Below are positions 1 to 7,213 of a stretch of DNA of 64,000 bases, one piece after another. Under the pieces are notes generated by a model, which saw only the letters and a list, made by a program, of their open reading frames with translations, was not told the origin of the DNA and searched no databases. Within the stretch, counting starts at the first letter, position 1. The number at the start of each line of letters is the position of its first letter. The position numbers were made by a program, and so were the translations under genes. Source of the stretch: Candidatus Gallitreponema excrementavium (lineage in GTDB: Bacteria > Spirochaetota > Spirochaetia > Treponematales > Treponemataceae); assembly GCA_017694795.1 (NCBI GenBank), contig JADIMM010000080.1:13217-77216 (forward strand), read 5' to 3'.

Positions 1-450
1 TGTACCGGATTCTGCAGCAATATCAACACCATCATGGAAATGGGTACCTGAAGTTGAATCTGCAGTACCGGGGATTCCTTCCCGTATCCCATATTCACTG
101 GTAACAGCTGTCCCGTCTTCCAATGACTCTGTTCCCACCGGCCAGGAAACACCATTTACCACTTTAGCCAAATCCTCCCCTGAAGCAGTATCAACACCGG
201 TACTTATCACTGAATAAGAAGATTCCCCTCCCTCACCAATACTTACCGCAACACCATAAGAACCGGAAGAACCGGCCGGAACAGAAGAACCTTTACTGTT
301 ATTATTCCAGGCTGAATAAATTCCCCCTGAAGAGGAGGAATAACCAGACGATGATCCTGCTGCAGAAGAGGAACGGGATGAATACCCGCCGTTTATCCCA
401 AGCAAATCATCAAAAGAAAGCTCATAAAAACTTTTTTGTAAAACTTTCAT
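1..450 (-). CDS. M23/LytM-family metallopeptidase with an N-terminal double-glycine (bacteriocin-type) leader. Only the 5' part is present; the gene runs off the window start.
   Basis: Own translation of the minus strand from ATG 450..448. It is absent from the ORF track because no stop lies in the window. Sequence: MKVLQKSFYELSFDDLLGINGG/YSSRSSSAAGSSSGYSSSSGG...VSWPVGTESLEDGTAVTSEYGIREGIPGTADSTSGTHFHDGVDIAAESGT. An AGGAG SD sits 5 nt upstream. The leader fits LSxxELxxIxGG. WPV...TSxYGxR...HxGVDIAAxxGT is the M23 signature. Confidence 0.8.
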   Translation of the reverse strand, partial: MKVLQKSFYELSFDDLLGINGGYSSRSSSAAGSSSGYSSSSGGIYSAWNNNSKGSSVPAGSSGSYGVAVSIGEGGESSYSVISTGVDTASGEDLAKVVNGVSWPVGTESLEDGTAVTSEYGIREGIPGTADSTSGTHFHDGVDIAAESGT

Positions 451-778
451 AATACTCCTACTTTTTTTACATCTCAAGCAAATACCAACAGTATTTTAAG
501 CTTAAAATTTTATACGAAAAAAACAATATCCTATTTAACCCCCTAAGGATATGCCGGCAAAAAAAATCAAATGATTTTCCAACAAACCATAAAAAAGTAT
601 AATCGATTATTCCATAGTTTTCCTCCTTATATAAAATAAATTAAGTTAAAAAAAAATATTTTTTTTAACTTAAAACATTTCTCTAAATACTCAAATGTTT
701 TTTATTTTGCGGTATCACGGTTTTACCCTGTTTACGGAAATTTCTTAGACCTGACAGCATGAACATCTATAAAATACA

Positions 779-2443
779 TTAAGCAATACATACATCCGTA
801 TACCTAAATCCGATTTCTATACAATTAAACGGGGCTGCCTCTTTACTATTACATTCCATAAAAGAAAATTCTGCGAATGCTGAAAAACCATCAAGTAACA
901 TCACAAAATCATTATAGGATTCCATTTTTAAAATCTGCCAAGGTAAATCATCTCCGTTCCAATAATATATAATAACCCTTTCCACCCTTGAAATAATCAG
1001 CTGCCTGAATACAGCCCTTGGATCTGAAACAAACTCCCAGGACCCTATAAAACATACAGTCCCACTGAGATTTCTTAAAATAATTTCAGGACTAGAAACC
1101 ACAAAATTTGAATCCCTGTGTGTAACTGAAACCATTTTTTCTTCAGAATCCCAAATTGCTCCGCAGGTAATAAAATACATTTCATTGTTTTCTAAAGTAT
1201 GCTTATAAATTAAAGTATCAATTTTTCTTAATACGGAATTCTTCAGGTATAACTCAGCATTATTAAATTTTTGTACAATATTAAAATATTTTTTGTATGA
1301 AAAACTCCTTGTCATTTTCTGCCTGACTTTTTCATATATCTGCAAATGGGCATTTACAGATCTTTTCCATGACCAGGTTTTGCCCTCGCTGATTCCGTTG
1401 GAAATAAGTCTTTCCATTTTGTCATAATTTTTTACGGCTGTTTCCAAAACACTGGCAATACCGGCAGGGTTTTCGGGAATTGCAAGGGCATTTTTACCGT
1501 AAACAGCATAAGAATCCATCCCTAAACCTTTTGTGCACAAAAGCAATGCTCCGGAAGCCATTGCTTCGATTCCTGCAAGTCCAAATGGCTCATAATTACT
1601 TGGCATAACCATTATATCTGTTTCAGCCATTTCCTTATACAGATCTTCCTGTTTCAGGTATCCGGATCTGTCGATTAAAGAAATATCAATGCAGGCAGGA
1701 ATTTTCCCCCTGCCAAAGATTACATACTTGAGTTTGTTTTCAATTTTGAATTTCTTTCCAAGAATATTCACTGCCTCAATAAATTTTAAAAAACCTTTTT
1801 GTACATTTTCAAGTCTCCCAAAATAACCTATTGTAAGCTCTTTCCCTTTCAAAATCTTCTGGTCCAGTTTTTTTCCCGCCCTGGAAAACCTTGAAATCAG
1901 TTCCGTATTTATTCCAAGGGGCAGAACAAAAATATTCTCCGCTCGTGAATTCTTTAAAATTCTTTCAGCCGAAAAATCAGAATAGGCTATAACAGCACCG
2001 GAATTCTCCAGTGCAAGCCTTTCTATTTTCTGTTCCGGAAAATAAATATCATTAAGATTTCTCATTCCGATTAAATCCGTATACATAAGGTGGGAAGAGT
2101 ACACCACATTTTTTTTAAACCTGAAAGGAAGATAAGTCTGGCGGTCATTACAGTGTATAACATCAGGTTTAAAATCCAGAATAATCCGTTCAAGACTGTC
2201 CTAAAAACTTGCAGCAGTTTCAAGAATATTCCCTTCGATTGACACGGATGGAAATTTTTTTTCGGGAACCAGGACATAATCTATAGCCCCTCCAGGCTCA
2301 GGTGGAATTTCAGAGGAATAATGCAAATAAACTGCAACAACCTCTACAGTCTTTTTTAATTCTTTAACATAATCCCTGGTAAAAGACCCAAGCCCGCCAA
2401 ACTGATTTTCAGGATGTTCCGAAGTAACAAAAAGGACTTTCAT
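779..2443 (-). pseudogene. GT4-family glycosyltransferase. It is one reading frame interrupted by an in-frame TAG at 2201..2203 (pseudogene or read-through candidate).
   Basis: ORFs 2201..2443 and 779..2107 are in the same frame. The codons after the TAG read DSLERIILDFKPDVIHCNDRQTYLPFRFKKNVVYSSHL, running straight into the 442-aa ORF, whose M is really a GTG. N-terminus: MKVLFVTSEHPENQFGGLGSF. The C-terminal half carries EPFGLAGIEAMASG (E-x7-E). Confidence 0.75.
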
Positions 2444-2564
2444 TAAAACCTCTATATATAAAAATTAAGGGGAACCTGTCTAACCCCGTATTATATATAT
2501 AAAGAGTTTTCTGTATTTTACATAAAAATCAGCGGAAAAAAACTAAAAAATAATTACACAAGGG

Positions 2565-3182
2565 TCAACTCTTTGATATTTCCTGAATAACCATTGTGTC
2601 CATCTGCTTTTTCGTAATCCTGTTTTTTTTGCCGTAATTAACCCAGTACACAGTGGAAGCTTTCAAAAACATTTTTTTTGATATGGGCATCGTTACATAA
2701 CTGCAAACCGGCTTATTCTGCTTAAAAGCCTTTGCAAACTTTCTTATTTTTCGTACCACAAGGAATTTAAACGGAGTTGTCAGGATTGCCTCCCCGGAAC
2801 CTATGGCAAGCCGGGTACCCCATATTCCGCCTACAGAATTTACAAAAATCTCCATAATTTTGAGAGCTGCATTATTTTGTTCAGGTTCCAAAAAACCACA
2901 ATTAATTATTACCCCCATTACAGTTCCCGGTAAGATTTTTGAAGAATCCACCCCTGCCATAAAGCGCATCAAGGATGCCGGCAAGCTGTCTGCATAAAGG
3001 GGAAAAACGAATAGAATTCTGGAATAATCCTTGAGCTTATCATAAATAACACTGTGTTTATTTTCAGTCACATTGTAAATTTCATAATCTTCTTTAAAGT
3101 ACCGCAAAAAGATTTCAATATATTTCTTTGAATTTGATCTGGGAGCCCTTGGACTTCCGTTTACAATCAGCAGTTTTCCCAT
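2565..3182 (-). CDS. Flavodoxin-fold NAD(P)H-dependent oxidoreductase family protein
   Basis: 205-aa ORF. The N-terminus MGKLLIVNGSPRAPRSNSKKY is typical of FMN-reductase/flavodoxin-like fold proteins. It overlaps the upstream paralogous-type gene by 16 nt. Confidence 0.6.
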   Translation of the reverse strand: MGKLLIVNGSPRAPRSNSKKYIEIFLRYFKEDYEIYNVTENKHSVIYDKLKDYSRILFVFPLYADSLPASLMRFMAGVDSSKILPGTVMGVIINCGFLEPEQNNAALKIMEIFVNSVGGIWGTRLAIGSGEAILTTPFKFLVVRKIRKFAKAFKQNKPVCSYVTMPISKKMFLKASTVYWVNYGKKNRITKKQMDTMVIQEISKS

Positions 3183-3703
3183 TTTTTTACCTCTTCCGAT
3201 ACAATTTCTGCCAGGTTTTCTTCTGCGGCAAAAATTACTTGGTACTCTTTAAAATTCATGTTGTTCGCATTTCTGGACACAAGATACCTGAAAGTTTGCT
3301 CTTCTTCTTTAGTTTTGCAATCATAGGCTATTATAACAGCCTTTTTTTCCTTTACATCCCTCTGTTCATGGTGTGTCTCCCCGTTATGGAGCCTGATAAA
3401 AGCCTTTTGAATGGGAATGGAACGCTCAAACAAGGTCTTAAATGGTATGTCATAGGAACCCCAAACAACCTTAGTAACATATATAAGATTTTCTGCCTTT
3501 GCTATAAGAGGATATACCCAAGGGGCATCGTCCTTTATTACACAGGCCCCTGGTGTCTTAACCCAGCAGCTGAAACATCCAAGGCAATTGAGAATTCTTA
3601 ACGAAGACAAATCTATATATTTGTAATTTCCGGTTTTTTTTTCGCAAAAGCACAGAGGCTTATCAGTTATAACCAAGTTCATACTTTCTATCCTCTTTTC
3701 CAT
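3167..3703 (-). CDS. Flavodoxin-fold / iron-sulfur flavoprotein-like protein
   Basis: 178-aa ORF with a Cys-rich patch (CLGCFSCWVKTPGAC) as in iron-sulfur flavoproteins. The start may be the internal MNLVITD at 3682. Confidence 0.5.
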   Translation of the reverse strand: MEKRIESMNLVITDKPLCFCEKKTGNYKYIDLSSLRILNCLGCFSCWVKTPGACVIKDDAPWVYPLIAKAENLIYVTKVVWGSYDIPFKTLFERSIPIQKAFIRLHNGETHHEQRDVKEKKAVIIAYDCKTKEEEQTFRYLVSRNANNMNFKEYQVIFAAEENLAEIVSEEVKKWENC

Positions 3704-3989
3704 TTTATCTTGCTATGAACAGTATAACATTTAAAGCCTGTTATAATCCAGTAAATTCAAAGATAATTTCCACTTTTACCTAAATCAAAAGGAGAAGAAA
3801 TAAAAACTCATCTTTAAGCCAATGGATGACCGGTTTATATGCCGAGATGGAGGAACGGCAATTTTCAAGATTCACAGGGCAGTCAAACTTTAAGCATTAA
3901 GTCTTTAATCCAGGAAATCCAAAAGATACTGATTACCGGCAATCTGACAGACGAAAAACAAAAGCGGCATCTGTTTTCAGCCGGATTCA

Positions 3990-4682
3990 TCAGCCTTTTC
4001 TTCTCGAATCTATGTATGAATATTGGTTTTCCCCGGCCCTGCTGTATCTGACCCCCAGGGATAACTGGTACTGCCATACATGATTATAAGGTTCAAGATT
4101 CCGGTTTGTACCGAAATTACCATAATCATAGGAGGCTATACCGTCAATGAGGATTGTCCATCTCCTGGACAACGGGAGTTCCAAACCGGCAAGACCGCCA
4201 ATTCCCAAATCAATATAATTCCACCGCTCTGAGTTCTGGAAAAAGAAATGGAGGCCACCTGAAAGGTTGATATACACATAATTCCACATAGTAAGCCTCA
4301 AAGTCGGGGCAACATACAAATCAAGGGCATAATGCAACGGAGATGACGAAACCTGAGGATGACCGTTAAATTTACTTGAAAGAGGGTAATAGGCCGTCAG
4401 TCTCACAGTCAAGTCCATTGGTTCCATATTCCGGGCTGTGATACCGAAATATGCCCCGGCAAGAAAATCACTGAAAACAAAGTTGCTGCGGCCACTTTGC
4501 TTCATTACACGGGTTACCCAGGAGGTGGCAAGCCCTTCGTTGTAAACCACAAAGGGCTTTTCCTCTATGACCGGAAATCCCGTTAAGGGATCCAGATTTT
4601 CTTCCTGGGACGGAACCTCTTCCTGGGCAAATAAAAAGAAGCTGAAGAATACAAATAAAAAGACAGAAATTAATTTTTTCAT
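3990..4682 (-). CDS. Small outer-membrane beta-barrel-like protein with a signal peptide
   Basis: MKKLISVFLFVFFSFFLFAQ signal peptide. The rest shows alternating hydrophobic/aromatic beta-strand patterning with Gly/Tyr-rich stretches (LSLGVRYS, GIGGLAGLELPL). It is the last gene of the FN3 operon. Confidence 0.5.
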   Translation of the reverse strand: MKKLISVFLFVFFSFFLFAQEEVPSQEENLDPLTGFPVIEEKPFVVYNEGLATSWVTRVMKQSGRSNFVFSDFLAGAYFGITARNMEPMDLTVRLTAYYPLSSKFNGHPQVSSSPLHYALDLYVAPTLRLTMWNYVYINLSGGLHFFFQNSERWNYIDLGIGGLAGLELPLSRRWTILIDGIASYDYGNFGTNRNLEPYNHVWQYQLSLGVRYSRAGENQYSYIDSRRKG

Positions 4683-4693
4683 CCGGGCACAAC

Positions 4694-5026
4694 CTATGCT
4701 GTTTTGTAAAGGGTAAGATTAATTTCATCAAGTTCGGCAGTAACCCAGGTCAAGTACAACATATTTCCCCTTATATCCCATTCGGTAACTACTGTTGTAG
4801 TCTCGGTTACAAAACTAAGGGCATTTACAAGAACATTATAATCACCATTGTACATTGTAGAAACACCTACAGAATCCACAATTTTTGCAGTATAAGTGTT
4901 ATCTGCAATAAAAGTTATCTGATTACCTTTATTGTCTGTCCATGTCCCGTAAAGGGGACTGGGAGCCGTACAACCTGCAATTAATAGAACCAAAGCAAGT
5001 ACCGGAAAAATTCTTTTAATATACAT
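4694..5026 (-). CDS. Small lipoprotein (lipocalin-like size)
   Basis: 110 aa with lipobox LLIAGC. It ends in a TAG stop at 4694..4696. There is an 11-nt gap to the next gene. Confidence 0.6.
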   Translation of the reverse strand: MYIKRIFPVLALVLLIAGCTAPSPLYGTWTDNKGNQITFIADNTYTAKIVDSVGVSTMYNGDYNVLVNALSFVTETTTVVTEWDIRGNMLYLTWVTAELDEINLTLYKTA

Positions 5027-5055
5027 AAAATCATCCTTTTATTAAATTTGACTGT

Positions 5056-7194
5056 TCAATTTAAAACAGTCCATGAAACATCTTTCTTTTCAAAACCTAC
5101 TGGTTTTACACCGTAGGTTCCGCCACCGGCATCACCGCCCTTAATCTCAATTCCATCGTAAGATACGCTTCCAGGATACATTCCGGTACAGTTAATTGTC
5201 CCGTCCATGCCTCCATTGGCAGAAGTATTTGCCGAAGTATTGCTGTTTCCTGACAAAACAAAATAGGGTCCCAGATCCTTATTATTATCGATATAGGAAT
5301 CTGCATAATCCGTATACTGAATAATTATCCTGGCACTAAGTCCGTTCAAGGTAGCATTATAATACACCTTACCGGAAATATCCCCCTGGTATTCTTCAGA
5401 CCCCAAGGCACTGGTACTTGGCTTATGCATCAGTTTGAGTTTTTTCTGGGAACTCAGTATTGTTTTGTTAAATTCCAGAATGTACTGTTCGTGGGTCAAA
5501 GCTCCGTACCCCACCTTTGTTTCGGAATAGTTATTCCCCTGTTCCAACTCATTGAGGGCGAGGACACGGTAATAGTAGTATTTTCCGGCCTTAGCCGTAT
5601 CATTTTTATCCACGAATTCACAGTCAGTAACCGGTACATCAGTAATTTTCCTAAAACCGGAATCTTTGGTTGTAGAACGGTAAACATGGTAGGCAGAGGC
5701 CCCTCCCTGAGGAGGCTCCCAGGTTATTTTTACAGGATATACCCCGGAGGAATTTGCAGGATAAAGGACTGCATCCCCAAGATTTTCCGCCCGGGAAGCA
5801 CTGACATTTTCTGCTGCAAAGGGAGCAGGAGCCACAGTGTCACTTTCAGAACTGGAAACACTGGCGTATAAAGTTTTAATGCGGTAGAATTTACTGGTTC
5901 CGGCAAGCTCTGCAGAACACTCACCGGGGGCTGTTCTACATAAAAAGGCAAAGCCGTCATCCTTCCGGTCAGAACCATAAATTTCATATTCGTACAAAGC
6001 CTGTTCTGTCTCATGCCCGATTGCCGGCTGCCAGGTAATACTGTGGCCGGTCTGATCTGCCGCAACACCAATTCCGGAAGGGGGACTTAATAAAAAGCCT
6101 TCAGAAGTCTCATCAGTACCGCCTTCAAAGGGGTCTACGGTGGAAATCTGGCTTTTAAGCTTTTTGCCGGTTTCATCCTCCACCCAGGCCTGGACCTGGT
6201 AATAATACAATATACCCGGCTTAACATTGTTTTTATCAGTCCATTCACAGGCTGTAGTCCCGCTTGTAAGCTGGGTAAGACTGGAGTCAATAGAACTGTA
6301 ACGGAAAACCGCATATTTAACCTCCCCTTCTCCGGAGGCAGAAGCATCCCATTTTAATTTAATTTCGGATATGGACGTTCCCCGGGTCAAAACCTTTACA
6401 GGAGAAGGCATCTGGGGAGCCCCAGACATAAGGGAATATCCCAAGCCAATATTGGAAGCCTCACTTAAAACACCGGCAGAATTTACAGCCTTTACGATGT
6501 AGTAAAAATCCACCCCCTGCTCAGATTCTTCAATCGTGTCCTTGTACCAGTTCTGATTACCTGTTATACGGGCTTTTTCTTCAGCACCGGTTCCGTCGGA
6601 ATTTTTTGTTCTGTATACCACATAACCTGACGCATTGTTTGCAAAATCCCAGGTAACCCTTATATTATCAGAAGCAGCCCCCTTCGTGGCATCAACATTT
6701 CCAGGAGGGGCAAACATTGTACCCGGTTTGGAACACAGGGCCGGATCACTGGCCTCGTATTTTTCCCGGTTGTTTTCCGCATATACACGGTACCAGTATT
6801 TGTATCCGTATTCTTCACTGGTATAAGAAGGATTACTTAGGATAACATCGGTATAGGAAGTTCCGTATACAGCCTTGTTTATAACCTCGAAATTTTCAGG
6901 TACCTTTCCTTCTGAATAGCCCGGGTCTTCAGGTGTCTGCACAGCCCTTTCAAGACAATAGGAAACGGCATAATCCACAGGATGCCAGGAAATACTGATG
7001 GAATCCGTTGCCAGGCCGCTGGAAACAAAAACCTGGGAAGAAGAATCCAGCTTGGTTATTTCTTTTTCCGTAACAAAAATATCACTCAAACTTCCATTGG
7101 AGCCCGGCCCCATGGCAATCTTGGTCTGAAACAAATCAGCACAGGAAGTAAGGAGGAAGAGGACCGGGAGTAAGAACAATATAAATTTACGCAT
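5056..7194 (-). CDS. Fibronectin type III repeat lipoprotein (about 712 aa)
   Basis: The ORF track gives 5056..7245. The preferred start is ATG 7194 (MRKFILFLLPVLFLLTSC lipobox), preceded by a GGAGAGG SD. It has at least 5 repeats of the FN3-like pattern I-x-V/I-S/T-W ... Y-x-V/L-Y-R ... YYY-x-V-x-A. Confidence 0.7.
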   Translation of the reverse strand: MRKFILFLLPVLFLLTSCADLFQTKIAMGPGSNGSLSDIFVTEKEITKLDSSSQVFVSSGLATDSISISWHPVDYAVSYCLERAVQTPEDPGYSEGKVPENFEVINKAVYGTSYTDVILSNPSYTSEEYGYKYWYRVYAENNREKYEASDPALCSKPGTMFAPPGNVDATKGAASDNIRVTWDFANNASGYVVYRTKNSDGTGAEEKARITGNQNWYKDTIEESEQGVDFYYIVKAVNSAGVLSEASNIGLGYSLMSGAPQMPSPVKVLTRGTSISEIKLKWDASASGEGEVKYAVFRYSSIDSSLTQLTSGTTACEWTDKNNVKPGILYYYQVQAWVEDETGKKLKSQISTVDPFEGGTDETSEGFLLSPPSGIGVAADQTGHSITWQPAIGHETEQALYEYEIYGSDRKDDGFAFLCRTAPGECSAELAGTSKFYRIKTLYASVSSSESDTVAPAPFAAENVSASRAENLGDAVLYPANSSGVYPVKITWEPPQGGASAYHVYRSTTKDSGFRKITDVPVTDCEFVDKNDTAKAGKYYYYRVLALNELEQGNNYSETKVGYGALTHEQYILEFNKTILSSQKKLKLMHKPSTSALGSEEYQGDISGKVYYNATLNGLSARIIIQYTDYADSYIDNNKDLGPYFVLSGNSNTSANTSANGGMDGTINCTGMYPGSVSYDGIEIKGGDAGGGTYGVKPVGFEKKDVSWTVLN

Positions 7195-7213
7195 TTTCTC
7201 TACCTCTCCCCTG

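Noticed and set aside
643-672. The A/T-only palindrome AAGTTAAAAAAAA-ATA-TTTTTTTTAACTT was considered as a terminator of the glycosyltransferase gene.
   Set aside because: An all-A/T stem is thermodynamically too weak to call an intrinsic terminator with confidence. It may just reflect AT-rich intergenic composition.
2071-2277. The 68-aa ORF overlapping the junction of the two glycosyltransferase ORFs suggested a frameshifted three-piece gene.
   Set aside because: Direct translation shows the two GT pieces are in the same frame, separated only by the TAG. The 68-aa ORF is an out-of-frame artefact with no GT-like sequence.
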